Assembly (NCBI GenBank): GCA_002269645.1
Contig: NIVC01004358.1
Coordinates: 1 to 48,732 of the forward strand
Length of the DNA stretch: 48,732 bases
From: Macrostomum lignano
Taxonomy: Eukaryota
Direction: 5' to 3'
Each line of letters begins with the position of its first letter. The stretch's first letter is position 1. Both the position numbers and the translations under genes were made by a program. Positions 1 to 28,933 of this stretch are shown piece after piece. The notes beneath the pieces were generated by a model, which made no database searches, had not been told where the DNA came from, and saw nothing but the letters and a program-made list of their open reading frames with translations.

Positions 1-200
1 AGGAAGAGCAGCAGGAAGAGCAGAAGGAAGAGCAGAAGGAAGAGCAGAAGGAAGAGCAGAGCAGCAGAAGAGCAGCATGAAGAGCAAAAGGAAGAGCAGA
101 AGGAAGAGCAGAAGGAAGAGCAGAAGGAAGAGCAGAAGGAAGAGCAGAAGGAGAGCAGAAGGAAGAGCAGAACGAATCGCAGAAAGAAGAAAAAAGGACG
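1..200. repeat. 12-bp minisatellite (AGAGCAGAAGGA)n, truncated by the window start
   Basis: Direct tandem periodicity. It explains the KSRR-repeat ORF 77..289. Confidence 0.9.
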
Positions 201-1455
201 AACAAAAGGACGAGCCGAAAGAAGAGCAAAAAGGACGACGGGTCGAAGGATGGGCAGAAAGACGGAGAACAACCAACAGCATAAAATGAATAATCGAAAT
301 ATGCACAAAGCTTTTTGTATTACAACAAACTTTTTAAATTGCTACTTCTGGTTCGAAAACAAAATTTATTCTTGCTGATGCTCTGAAAAGTTTTAACGTT
401 GCTAAAAATGCGTGCGTATGTCATGCCCTTAAATGTCTGAATTTTCTATTTCCTATGATGCGTACATTTCGCGGTGACTTTGACTACAATTTACCGATTT
501 ATTTATTTCGTTATTGCTTCAAAATTGCTTTTGTCGTGCTAAGAACAATTTTAAAGAGGACTGCGATAAAAAAAATAAACATTTGATTTTCATAAGTTAC
601 GAGTATTATAGTTAATAGTAAAACATTTTTGTTATTTTGAACCGTGTCTCGAAAGTTCCGTCGACAAAAGCAGAGGGTTTATCATGCGCTGATACTCGTA
701 CACATTTACATACATATGAAAAAAATCTGTGTATGAAAAAGATGAACTGTTGATATTTACTATTAGCTATTTGCAAATTCCAGCTTCTAAACAAAATAAA
801 ATAAAAATCTGTGATTTAAACTAGCTTACTAGTTATTCTATTCCAAGAATCAAATCTATATTTAAATCGTACCTAACTTATCCTCTACAGTATAATTAAA
901 TTCTGCAAATATATTCTCTGTAGTCATGGTAAATAGTAAGTTTCTTTTTGCAGAAGAAACCAAAAATGAATACAGTTCGTAATAAAAACCATTTCTATGA
1001 ACTTTTACTAAAATAAATTATACATGTATATGAAGGCATGCTTATAGTTTAACAAAATGAAAAATACAAATTGAGCAATAAGTTTGAAGTTTAAATAATC
1101 AACAATGTATAGCATTAAAACAAAAAACTCTGGGGTTTTTTTTTGTTAGTCTACTAATGTTATAACTCTTTGTTGCATTTGTTAACTTGATTCCGTATCT
1201 TACAACAGATACGCAGCTAGCAAGGACAGACCTTTAAATTAGTCTACAAATCTTGCATGAATTCTTATCTGTTAAAGCTAGGCTCGAAATTAATCCAATG
1301 AAAAATTTCATGTTTTAAATTTCCGGTGTTAGGACCAGACGTGACTTTTCATTTTGATTTTAAGTAGGTTTCTCCAGTAAGAATTGCATATTTATTTTGC
1401 AATCGTAGCCGGAAAATCAATACTTTGTTTCTTATTATTTTACGCGAATAATTTG

Positions 1456-4400
1456 TTAAAGTCTTCTTCTTACCCACAATGAATCACGAGTCGCAGGCTT
1501 CTCCCCGTCCGTCTCCCGATCCGTTAGGTCAGTTTTGCTTGTTCTATCGAAAGGTTTCGGAAACAGAATTTTGACGGCCAATTCCGATGAGCTGCTAATC
1601 CTAACCGGATGGAAAGTGCAGCACAGGTTGCGGTGGATTATCATGATAGCGCCAGTTACAGGCCTGTCGTCAACTTTAGAAGACGAATGGAATGAAATGA
1701 GCGCACTGTTGGGGCCCTCAACGGTGGGGCAGCGTTGGCCAATCCAGTCAATGTCGCCCGTTTTTACCACTGCAACGAGGCCGTTCCACTGCAGGAACAG
1801 TCGAAGGTTTCGGTACTCTGCAATTTTGGGTTTGGGGTTTGGTTTTTGTCGTTCCACTCGATTCTCTCACCCCTCTCAACTATCACGTCGTTGTGTGCCT
1901 GCCTCAATACTTCTCTTTCCTCCCTCTATCTTAACCCTCTATCCTCCCTCTATCCTCCCTCTATCCTCCCTCTATCCTCCCTCTATCCTCTCTCTATCCT
2001 CCCTATCCTCCCTCTATCCTCCTATCCTCCCTCTATCCTCCCTCTATCCTCCCTCATCCTCCCTCTATCCACCATCTATCCTCCCTCTATCCTCCCTCTT
2101 TCCTTCCTCTTTCCTCCTCCTATCCCCCTCTATCCCCTCTATCCCCCTCTATCCCCTCAATACTCCTCAATCGTCCCTCTATCCTCCCTCTATCCTCCCT
2201 CTTTCCTCCCTCTTTCCTCCTCCTATCCCCCCTCTATCCCCCCTCTATCCCCCCTCTATCCCCCCTCTATCCCCCCTCTATCCTCCCTCTATCCTTCTTC
2301 TATCCTTCCTCTATCCTCCCAGCTCACCCTCAATCTCCAGCTCCCTATCCAGTCCTGGAAGCGCAGCAGAGTCTCAGTGCTCAGCCTGTTCGGCAAGTAG
2401 GAGAGCCGGTTACTGGACTGGGAGCAAGTGGTCCTTGGCCTGTCCACAACCTCGTAGTCGATGAGAAATCCGCGAGACAAAGAGAGCGACGAGCAGGATA
2501 GAAAGTACACATCGCCAACCAGGGCGGCCAGTGGCAGGTATTTAAATAGCAGCACGAGGTCGCGATACAGGTATCCGCTGAACTGCTCACAGCCTGCGGT
2601 GAATTGATTGGAGGAAATGAAGCTTGTGATGGGGCGCCCTCTTTGTCGGCGCCTTCTCTGATGGCGCTTCTATGTTGGCGCCTTTTATGTTGGCGCCAGT
2701 TTTATGTTTGGCGCCTTTTATGTTTGGCGCCTTTTATGTTTGGCACCTTTTTATGTTTGGCGCCTTTTATGTTTGGCACCTTTTATGTTTGGCACCTTTT
2801 ATGTTTGGCGCCTTTTTATGTTTGGCGCCTTTTATGTTTGGCGCCTTTTTATGTTTGGCCCCTTTTTATGTTTGGCGCCTTTTATGTTTGGCGCCTTTTA
2901 TGTTGGAAGCCAGTTTTATGTTTGGCGCCTTTTATGTTTGGCGCCTTTTATGTTGGCGCCAGTTTTTTGTTTGGCCCCTTTTTATGTTTGGCACCTTTTT
3001 ATGTTTGACGCCTTTTTTGTTTGGCACCTTTTTATGTTTGCGCCTTCTATGTTTGGCACCTTTTTATGTTTGGCGCCTTTTATTTTTGGCGCCTTTTATG
3101 TTGGAAGCCAGTTTTATGTTTGGCGCCTTTTATGTTTGGCGCCTTTTTATGTTTGGCCCCTTTTTATGTTTGGCGCCTTTTTATGTTTGGCGCCTTTTAT
3201 GTTTGGTGTCTTTTATGTTTGGCGCCTTTTATTTCGGCGCCTTTTATGTTGGCGCTGGTGATATCGCTGCTAACTCTTTCGCTGTTGGTGTTGGTGCATT
3301 CTTGAGAGAACACCCAAAATTGAATAAATAAATTTTTAGTTTAATACACATAAATTTACTTTTGTGGCTTGCGAAAATTGTATCGAACAAATGGCATGTT
3401 TGATTTTAAATTTAAATGTCATGCAGAAGTTAGTTTCCCTTTTTTTTAAAGTAATTACATGTATATGAATGAAAGGAATAAACATGATTAAAACAAGTTC
3501 AGATCCAGTTAAAAAATAGGTTTACTCCTCTCTATTCCCTCTATCCTCCCTCCATCCTTCCTTTATCCTTCCTTTGTACTCCCTCTATCCTCTGTCTCTC
3601 CTCTCTACTCTATCCTCTCTCTATCCTCTCTCTATCCTCTCTCTATCCTCCCTCTATCCTCTCTCTATCCTCCCTCTATCCTCTCTCTATCCTCTCTCTT
3701 TCCTCCCTCTATCCTCCCTTTATCCTCCTCTATCCTCTCTCTATCCTCCCTTTATCCTCCTCTATCCTCCCTCTATCCTCTCTCTATCCTCTCTCTATCC
3801 TCCCTCTATCCTCCCTCTATCCTCTCTCTATCCTCTCTCTATCCTCCCTCTATCCTCCCTCTATCCTTCCTCTATCCTCTCTCTATCCTCCCTCTATCCT
3901 CCCTCTATCCTCTCTCTATCCTCTCTCTATCCTCTCTCTATCCACCCTCTATCCTTCCTCTATCCTACCTCTATCCTCCCTCTATTCTCCCTCTATCCTC
4001 CTCTTTCCTCCCTCTATCCTCCCTCTATCCTCCCTCTATCCTCCCTCCTTTCTCCCTCTATCCTCCCTCCTTTCTCCCTCTATCCTCCCTCCTTTCTCCC
4101 TCTATCCTCCCTCTTTTCTCCCTCTATCCTTTCTCTCCCTCTCTACTGCACGCTTCTTTCTACATTCCATGCTTCCTGAAAACAAGTCCCAGCTAAAAGC
4201 CGAGCACAGAGGAAGCAACTCACAGACGTCCATGAGCCCCATCTCAGCGGCGCAGTGCTCGCACTCGCTCAGGCCTCGCAGCACAATGATATTATTGGGG
4301 TAGACAATTTTAAACAGCAACAACATCTGCAGTACATTGAGCTGCACCTGGCCCTGCACGTTAACATACAAATAGTTGCCAAGGAACACGTAGGTGGTGC

Positions 4401-4656
4401 TGCTGGGCCAGCCGTACTGCCGGAAAATGGCCAACAGGTCTCCCAGGTTGCCGTGCAGCTTGCCAACAACTCTACAGCCGACGCTGGACTTCAACTCCAG
4501 CAGCGACGGCTCCAGACGAAGGATAGCAACGGTGCGTTTGACAATCTGGCTGAAATCCACGCTGGTCAGCATCTCGCCGTTGATGAGGCGCTCAGCTGAC
4601 AGACCGGCCCATTCCTGACAGCTGCTCAAGGCGGTGCGAACCTTCATCGCTGACAT
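1456..4656 (-). CDS. PP1-like PPP-family phosphatase homolog, predicted catalytically dead (about 362 aa). Exons: 4224..4656, 2328..2593, 1871..1898, 1456..1817
   Basis: The translation is colinear with PP1: VVGKLHGNLGDLL (GDxHG), YVFLGNYL (GDYVDRG), FKIVYPNNIIVLRGLSEC (RGNHE), LFKYLPLAALV, GAIMIIHRNLCCTF. All junctions are GT-AG with matching phases (1,0,1) and the total is 1089 bp. The 28-bp exon is inferred from phase requirements. AATAAA on the minus strand at 1391-1396. Confidence 0.8.
1905..2320. repeat. Pyrimidine-rich degenerate repeat (CTATCCTCCCT)n in phosphatase intron 2
   Basis: Direct periodicity; same family as 3525..4140. Confidence 0.9.
2630..3260. repeat. 16-17 bp minisatellite TTTGGCGCCTTTTATG(T) in phosphatase intron 1
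   Basis: Direct periodicity, GGCGCC core. Confidence 0.9.
3525..4140. repeat. (CTATCCTCC/TCT)n about 11-bp pyrimidine-rich repeat in phosphatase intron 1
   Basis: Direct periodicity. Confidence 0.9.
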
Positions 4657-5830
4657 TCTCGACTGTTAATGATTTCTTTTCCAGTTGATATATTGATTGG
4701 CTCTTGAAGCTGATTTTTAAACAATAATTATTGAAATTAATTCATTTTTGCTGCTTTGAAATTACCGGTAATTCAGAGCATACTTGCTGATTGCTATGAG
4801 GCCGGTTTTTACCATAGACTGTCGGTTCTGTTAGGTCAAAGACTGCTATAAATAGCGTCTATTTTTTACTAGTCCCGAGGGCAATGGTTCCCACGGACGG
4901 GGCTTTCTAAGAAATGATGTTTCTGCTAGGAAATTTTAACAAATAATTTGTTAGTGCCGACTTACGAATAATTACGCTTAATCTACAAAAATACATTTCT
5001 GCGTTACTGTCAGTAGTCCAGTGGGCGAAAAAATATGTAAAAAAGTATACTCAGCGGAAATTAGAAGATTAGGTGAGAAATTTAAAATGGGCCACCCTTT
5101 GAGCTGAGCAGGAATCTGCGCGTGACTGACGGGTTTACAGTCAACAAATAACTTTTAAAATTTTTATTTTAGCGGCATAAAAACAAACAATTGAATTTCA
5201 AGCAGATAAACAATAAGGTCACTTCCGAATCGACTCTGTACCAAAGTTCATTCCGTATTTTATATTTTTAATCTTTGCATGCAGAAATATGAGCAGATCT
5301 TCTAATAACGACATTCGATGAAAATATTCGGGTTTGGAGTGAAGTTGAAACAAATATAGATACCATTGAGCCGCTGCTATTTCTTAATTCTCTGGCGCAT
5401 TTTTTGAAAATTATATGTTACTAATGGGATCAGTTTCGGGGTTATAAATCATACATAGCACAGTTAATGGCTTGATTTATTAGCTTTCGACCTACTCGTA
5501 TCTTCTAATACAGAGTAACTTTTAATTTATGACTTATTTTAAGCCTCATCACATGAGACTGAAGTGTTGTTTTAAACTTTTAAACAAATTAAAAGTAAAA
5601 TTTAAACAATAATTGAAACTAATTAAAACAAATGATTAATTGAACCAAAGTTAAACTTTAATTGAAACAATAACTTAAATAAATTAAAAATTAAACCTTA
5701 GAAACTAATTTAAACAAAAAAATTATTTCAAATAATAATTTAAAAAATTAAAATTTTTGCAACTAATTTAAACAAAACTTAAACAATTAATTTCAACAAA
5801 ATAGTTTAAATTGGTTCAAAATCAAGCGCC

Positions 5831-22165
<16,335 letters not shown>

Positions 22166-22479
22166 TCCAAACGACTGCCATGAAGCATTGCCTGATGCCA
22201 GCTCTGGAAATTCTTGTCTAAAGCAAATTTTTCGGCTTTAAAAAGCTGATCAGTTGTTCGGCTACTGAGATCGGTAGGGACGCGGACTTCTGGCTTCTGT
22301 GGAATTCTATACGGAATGGCGCGCATGGACCAAGATCGACGGCGAGTTGGGAATTTTATTAGCTGATTTGGCGAATTCTCATTGGCTGAAGGGTTCGAAA
22401 ATTTGCCACTGTTGCATGAAAGGGACAGACAAATCAGGGGAACTTCAGTGCAGCCTCAGTGGAGCCAAGGTTTTTTTTA

Positions 22480-22865
22480 GAATTGGCGCCAGAATCGGAT
22501 TATGATTGGCGCCAAGATTTGACAGTACATGTATTTGGCATCAATTTTTTTTGCGATTGGCGCCAGAATCAGTTTGTCATTGGCGCTAAGATTTGACTGT
22601 AATTGGCGACAATTTTTTTGCGATCAGCGCGAAGATTGATTGTTGGCGCCAGAATTAGTTTGCAATTGGCGCCAGAATTGGTTTTCAATTGGCGCCAGAA
22701 TTGGTTTTCAATTGGTGCCAGAATTGGTCTTCAATTGAATTGGTGCCAGAATTGGTTTGCAATTGGCGCCAGAATTGGTTTGCAATTGGCGCCAGAATTG
22801 GTTTGCAATTGGCGCCAGAATTAGTCTTCAATTGAATTGACGCCAGAATTCGCATTTGGTGCCAG
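22480..22865. repeat. About 23-bp degenerate repeat AATTGGCGCCAGAATTGGTTTGC upstream of Neto
   Basis: Direct periodicity. Confidence 0.85.
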
Positions 22866-23289
22866 AATTGATTTGTGATTAGCGACAGTTTAGCTTAAAA
22901 ACCCGGCCATATTTTAGCAGAGATCTCTCATCCGACAGACAGACAGGGCACATAGAACTTGATTATGACAGCCAGCCATGTTTTTAATTTAAAAATTTTG
23001 CATCTATTCAAATACTCTCTAAAATATAAATTCGACTGCCTACCTAATTTTGTCTCAAGATGATCACGGATTGAGAAATTTTCTACATTTAAACCGCGGT
23101 ATTCGCGTTAGGGGAGTTTCTTGGAAAGAATCTGAAATTATTCTGAGAAATCTTTCAGAGAGGGTGATAATCTTTTTTTAATTTGTTTGTAACAGGAATG
23201 CATAGGATCTTCTGACTATGCAAGGAATTTGATTTTGTAAAAGTACACGCAAAGGCATATGAAAACAAAAAATTACAATGTTTGATATT

Positions 23290-23640
23290 AGAGTCACACT
23301 GTTAGATATTGGAGAGTCACACTGTTAGATATTGGAGAGTCACACTGTTAGATATTGGAGAGTCACACTGTTAGATATTGGAGAGTCAAACTGTTAGATA
23401 TTGGAGAGTCACACTGTTAGATATAGGAGAGTCACACTGTTAGATATTGAAGAGTCACACTGTTAGATATTGGAGAGTCACACTGTTAGATATTGGAGAG
23501 TCACACTGTTAGATATAGGAGAGTCACACTGTTAGATATTGAAGAGTCACACTGTTAGATATTGGAGAGTCACACTGTTAGATATTGGAGAGTCACACTG
23601 TTAGATATTGGAGAGTCACACTGTTAGATATAAGAGAGTT
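23290..23640. repeat. 23-bp minisatellite GAGAGTCACACTGTTAGATATTG, about 15 copies
   Basis: Direct periodicity. Confidence 0.93.
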
Positions 23641-24194
23641 AGACAATGTTAGACAATTATCTAAAAGAGAATTAAATCTGAAAACAATAAAGACATTTTC
23701 ACCAATAGCTGCTAAGCGAAGACGGTTAACCTGTTTAATGTAATTTGTAATTGTACAGAAAGTGCAAACGCCAAGTTCATAGTAAACTTAAAAGTGCATC
23801 GCAAGACAAACAGACAATATCCATGTGCCATGACTGTACTGCGACGAAATAAAAACGCAATTTTATTACTATAATTAGGTATTACGCATTTTCTAAGCTA
23901 AAAATAGGCAAAATTAGCATTCGCTTACTATAAGTAGCATAGTTGGAAACTTAAACAAAGCAAAGAGGAAAAATTAAACAAAGAAAATTGAAATATAACT
24001 GGCCATTTTTTTAATATGAACTGTTTATAAGCGAAACTGTGACAGATCGGTGAGGTAAAGTATTTCGAAAATTCGGTCAAGCGCTGCAGTTTTGATAGAA
24101 ATACAGAAGCATAAGAGTAAAACAAATTCCTGGCTAACGAAAAGGATAATAATTAAGAGAGAAACTGCCTAACATCAACCTCAAAGTCTCACCC

Positions 24195-24620
24195 TTAATG
24201 AGATTATCGATTTCTTAACATCTCAACCCTAAGGAGATGATCGATTTATCAAAATCTCTGCATCCCTAAGGAGATTATCGATTTCTCAAAATCTCATTCT
24301 AATGAGATTATCGATTTCTCTAAATCTCACCCTAATGAGGTTATCGATTTCTCTAAATCTCACCCTAATGAGATTATCGATTTCTCTAAATCTCACCCTA
24401 ATGAGATTATCGATTTCTTTAAATCTCACCCTAATGAGATTATCGATTTCTCTAAATCTCACCCTAATGAGGTTATCGATTTCTCTAAATCTCACCCTAA
24501 TGAGATTATCGATTTTTCTAAATCTCACCCCTGTTAAAATCATCGATTTTTCAAAATCTCACCCCTAATGAGATCATCGATTTTTCAAAATCTCACCCCT
24601 AATGAGTTTATCGATTTCTC
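24195..24620. repeat. 33-bp minisatellite ATGAGATTATCGATTTCTCTAAATCTCACCCTA
   Basis: Direct periodicity. Confidence 0.92.
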
Positions 24621-24798
24621 AAAGTCCCACTTTTCTCATCCCTAGTAACTTACTTACTACTGACGGGGGCCGCGAGGCCCCTATCGCAACCCCAAGGTAA
24701 AAGAGCACAAGGATTAAAGATTATATCTTGAAGATCTGCACTTTAATAATGCTGCAGAGCAGTCGCGCAGAGGCAGCTGAGTTCAGTCAGATCCCTAA

Positions 24799-25725
24799 TT
24801 AATCTTCATCCTCAGGCGGCGGCACGATGGTGACAGGCCGATGGGCGTGGTGCAGCACGTAGTCGCTGACAGAGCCCAGGAAGGCCCTGCGCAGCTTCCC
24901 GATTCCGCGCGAGCCCATCACGATGAGGGCGACGTCCTCCTCATCAGCGATTTGCACGATGGCCTGCGTTGCAGCGTTGAAGAAGTACAAGGATGAGGAT
25001 CGTGTTCGACTTTTTTAAATTGGCAGAAGAAGTAGAGTAAAATATATAGAGCGTTTTTTCATGCATGTGGTACCTAAAAGAGTTAACCTTCAAAATATCC
25101 TGACTTAACACCCTCGTGCTGGCGCCCCTAATGCAAAAGCCCCTGGTTCTAAAGCCCCTGGTGCTAAAGCCCCTGGTTCTAAAGCCCCTGGTGCTAATCA
25201 CAGGGTGCACAGCGATCGTGACTTTCTAATCGTCAGACATGTACAATCTCTGTGCCATGGGGGTTGGACCTCATGGCTGGGAATGAATGGGTGCTGCTGG
25301 TGAGAGTCGGACGCGAGGCCAGTCAGACGCATATGTCAGCTACTCGCCGATATGTATCGATAAAACGCATAACTAAAGGCCACAAACCTGCCCGGTGCCG
25401 TGGGCAATACGCTCCAAGAAGCGGATGTGCGCGATGCCCAGCGACTGGCAGAGCTCGCGCACGTGACCGGCCAGCTGCTTGGCCTCGGCCACCTTCTCCT
25501 CCACGGCCTTGGCGTACACCTCCCCGGCTGCCACCCCGCCATGCCGAAACCGATGGCCACCTCCGGCGGCTCGCTGACGTTGGCGAAGATCACCTGGTCG
25601 GTGTCGCGTTTGATGTGCTCGGCGTAGAACCGGAGGCCGCGCTCGCTGTGCTGGCTGCGGTCGATGCCGATGAGCACCTTCCGGCCTTGGTGCTGCTGCT
25701 GCTCACCGCTGGTGCTGGTTGCCAT
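24799..25725 (-). CDS. Universal stress protein A-like (USP domain, about 167 aa). Exons 25388..25725 and 24799..24963, with a 1-bp frameshift at about 25535
   Basis: N-terminal RKVLIGIDRSQHSERGL and C-terminal LIVMGSRGIGKLRRAFLGSVSDYVLHHAHRPVTIVP are canonical USP motifs. Exon 1 is 338 bp; one extra G in the GGGG run restores the frame VAAGEVYAKAVEEKVAEAK. Confidence 0.88.
25135..25197. repeat. 15-bp repeat CTAAAGCCCCTGGT(G/T) in the USP intron, about 4 copies
   Basis: Direct. Confidence 0.8.
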
Positions 25726-25774
25726 GCGGAATCTGAGGGATTCGATTTCGGTGTCAAATGAATATCTCCCACAC

Positions 25775-26075
25775 AATCTGAGACACGAGAGGCGCCACAA
25801 TCTGAAATGACAAGAGGCGCCACAATCTAAGATAACAAAAGGCGCCACAATCTGAGAAACAAAGAGGCGCCACAATCTGAGACACGAGAGGCGCCACAAT
25901 CTGAGACACGAGAGGCGCCACAATCTGAGACACGAGAGGCGCCACAATCTGAGACACGAGAGGCGCCACAATCTAAGATAACAAAAGGCACCACAATGTA
26001 AGTCACGAGAGGTTCCAAAATCTGAGATAACAAGAGGCGCCACAATCTAAGACACAAGGGCGCCATATCATACAA
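25775..26075. repeat. 24-bp minisatellite GAGGCGCCACAATCTGAGACACGA just upstream of the USP start
   Basis: Direct periodicity. Confidence 0.9.
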
Positions 26076-26805
26076 AACAAGCGCCAAGCGAACGCATATC
26101 CAGCATCAAAGCAGAATCAAATTAATAAAAAACTACAGAAATCTGGCTATAAAAAGACTCACCAGTCTCAAATTCTAGAATAGAATTTACAGTTCTGCAA
26201 GATAAAAAACTTTGTTAAAACGCCTGGCTGCTCCCGGGTCTGTGGGAAAACTGTGGCAGACAGAGACAAAGCCAAAATAAGGGCGAGTTGATCAAGCCGG
26301 GGCTCAAATTTTAAAGCCTCTTTGCTGACAGGTTCTGATAGGGTCTGGGAAGGAGAGAGGAAGAGGAGCTGGAAGGTTTGAGAAAAGAAGGGATCGAAAG
26401 ATAAGCAAAGAGCTGCCAGACCTCGCTTCTCTGAGCTGTGGAGAATGGGGAAGGTAGCTTATATAGTTGAGATTGATTAAAAAATGAAGGTCGATGTCAA
26501 TGCATGAGTCTGTGTGTATTTGGCCACTATTGCCTATGGAATATATGCTAATATATGCTTAATATAGGGGATTGCGCCCCATCCTGCCATTGGTTGAACA
26601 TGCAGCTCCCTATGCATGCGAAAATCCCGCCTGCAGATCCTTCGACCGCGTACACCATCTCAAACAGGAAGGTGGGGATCTGGGAGGAGGCAAGTAAGGG
26701 AGAAGAAAATATATTATTAGTAAGAGGCGAGGTCTGAGGGTGGAGGGTTGGTGCTTCTGGAGGGGGCGGGGGGGTAATATCGATCGATTTTCGTCAGAGA
26801 AAGAC

Positions 26806-26807
<2 letters not shown>

Positions 26808-26853
<46 letters not shown>
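26808..26853. repeat. (AG)n microsatellite
   Basis: Direct. Confidence 0.95.
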
Positions 26854-26855
<2 letters not shown>

Positions 26856-27231
26856 GAACTGCAAGTTAAACCGGGTGTACACTAATACCTTCTGGCTGAG
26901 GGATAGGGATTAGTAAAGAGAGAGAGAGGAACAGAAAAGATCCAGAAGCCTTTAGTTAGTCAAAGACTGTACATAGCTATGGGCAGTGCACACTCACACA
27001 CCCCCATGTCCTGCTGCTGCCGTACACTCAGTGAGCAAATTTATGAAGCAAAGATTCCAGAAATATAGCTTGTATGCGCGTGAGGGATAGAGGGAAAGGG
27101 AGAGAAGGCAAAAGCCGGGGGAGTCAAGGAGGTCACAAACGAAAAACTGGAGTAGGAAGGCAAAAGGTCGTAGAAGACCGACAAATAATCTTGATCGACC
27201 ATTAAAACTCTGAATTAAACGTTTTGAGTTT

Positions 27232-28315
27232 AGCATTTGGCGCTAAAATCTAGCCTTCTGTGGCGCTGAATTGGCACTAAAATCTAGCCTGTGGAGCTGA
27301 ATTGGCGCTAAAATCTAGCCTGTGGAGCTGAATTGGCGCTAAAATCTAGCCTGTGGAGCTGAATTGGCGCTAAAATCTAGCCTTCTGTGGCGCTGAATTG
27401 GCGCTAAAATCTAGCCTTCTGTGGCGCTGAATTGGCGCTAAAATCTAGCCTTCTGTGGCGCTGAATTGGCGCTAAAATCTAGCCTTCTGTGGCGCTGAAT
27501 TGGCGCTAAAATCTAGCCTGTGGAGCTGAATTGGCGCTAAAATCTAGCTTTCTGTGGCGCTAAATTGGCGCTAAAATCTAGCCTGTAGAGCTGAATTGGC
27601 GCTAAAATCTAGCCTGTGGAGCTGAATTGGCGCTAAAATCTAGCCTTCTCTGGAGCTGAATTGGCGCTAAAATCTAGCCTGTGGAGCTGAATCGGCGCTA
27701 AAATCTAGCCTGTGGAGCTGAATTGGCGCTAAAATCTAGCCTTCTGTGGCGCTGAATTGGCGCTAAAATCTAGCCTTCTGTGGCGCTGAATTGGCGCTAA
27801 AATCTAGCTTTCTGTGGCGCTGAATTGGTGCTAAAATCTAGCCTGTGGAGCTGAATTGGCGCTAAAATCTAGCCTTCTCTGGAGCTGAATTGGCGCTAAA
27901 ATCTAGCCTGTGGAGCTGAATTGGCGCTAAAATCTAGCCTGTGGAGCTGAATTGGCGCTAAAATCTAGCAAAATGGAGCTGAATCGGCGCTAAAATCTAG
28001 CTTTCTGTGGCGCTGAATTGGCGCTAAAATCTAGCCTGTGGAGCTGAATTGGCGCTAAAATCTAGCCTTCTCTGGAGCTGAATTGGCGCTAAAATCTAGA
28101 CTGAGGAGCTGAATTGGCGCTAAAATCTAGCCTTCTGTGGCGCTGAATTTGCGCTAAAATCTAGCCTGTGGAGCTGAATTGGCGCTAAAATCTAGCCTTC
28201 TGTGGCGCTGAATTGGCGCTAAAATCTAGCAAAATGGAGCTGAATCGGCGCTAAAATCTAGCCTGTGGAGCTGAATCGGCGCTAAAATCTAGCCTTCTGT
28301 GGAGCTGAATTGGCA
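27232..28315. repeat. Minisatellite with interspersed 31-bp and 34-bp unit variants, AATTGGCGCTAAAATCTAGCC(TTC)TGTGG(A/C)GCTG
   Basis: Direct periodicity. Confidence 0.93.
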
Positions 28316-28644
28316 CATTAGAAAGAAAACCCATGCAGCGAAAAGCACTCCAGTTTCTGACTCCGGGTGTCCTTGAATGGCTGACTTGTACAGCCCAGGA
28401 CCGCCAACTGCTAGGAGGAGGGGTTGTAGCCATGGGGAGAGGGGGAAGGAAGACATAGCAAAACTGGGAGTGGCCTTCCAAAGCCTTCGTCGTTTCCATC
28501 CCCACCCCATACCCCCCCCAGTGGCTGAAGGCAATATTAGAGCATTTTAGAATATTTTTGGCCCAAGTCCTTTAGTCAAGACAGCCTTCGAAAATCGTAT
28601 ACCACAGCTGCAGCAGTATAGCAGGCACCTTCAGGGACTCACAG

Positions 28645-28722
28645 GTATGCGAATTTTTCTTTAAAAGGTGTTACTAAAAGTAAATCGGATCTCTAACTAT
28701 CTATCTAATAACTGTTTTCCAG
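28645..28722 (+). other. Probable 78-bp 5'UTR intron of the G-gamma gene
   Basis: CAG|GTATGC donor, CTCTAAC branch-like motif, TTTTCCAG acceptor 10 nt before the ATG. Confidence 0.6.
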
Positions 28723-28732
28723 CCTCCGAAAA

Positions 28733-28933
28733 ATGTCCTCCATCGCTCAGCAGAAGAAAATTGTCGAGCAGCTCCGAGTTGAGGCCGGCATGGCCCGCAA
28801 GCCGGTGTCCGAGTGTGTCCGGGACATGGTTCAGTTTATGGAAAGCAACAAGGACAAGGATTTCATCGTGTCCGGTTTCGCGTCCAAGAAGGACAATCCA
28901 TTCCAGGAAAAGGGAGGCTGCATGTTGCTCTGA
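28733..28933 (+). CDS. GNG: Heterotrimeric G-protein gamma subunit (66 aa)
   Basis: GGL pattern QQKKIVEQLRVEA...R.PVSE...D......NPF plus a C-terminal CaaX box CMLL. Confidence 0.95.
   Translation: MSSIAQQKKIVEQLRVEAGMARKPVSECVRDMVQFMESNKDKDFIVSGFASKKDNPFQEKGGCMLL

Noticed and set aside
77-289. Protamine-like KSRR ORF
   Set aside because: It is explained by a 12-bp repeat that extends upstream of the ATG to the window edge, and there is no independent evidence of coding.
1456-2593. These exons as a further CUB-type continuation of Neto
   Set aside because: Neto terminates at 5831. These exons align to the PP1 C-terminal half and splice in phase to 4224..4656.
23290-23640. CRISPR-like appearance of this and other regular arrays
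   Set aside because: Units are head-to-tail with no unique spacers, there are no cas genes, and the context is eukaryotic.
26590-26700. PYACENPACRSFDRVHHLKQ resembling a C2H2 zinc finger
   Set aside because: Spacing is off, the second His is missing, and there is no supporting exon structure.
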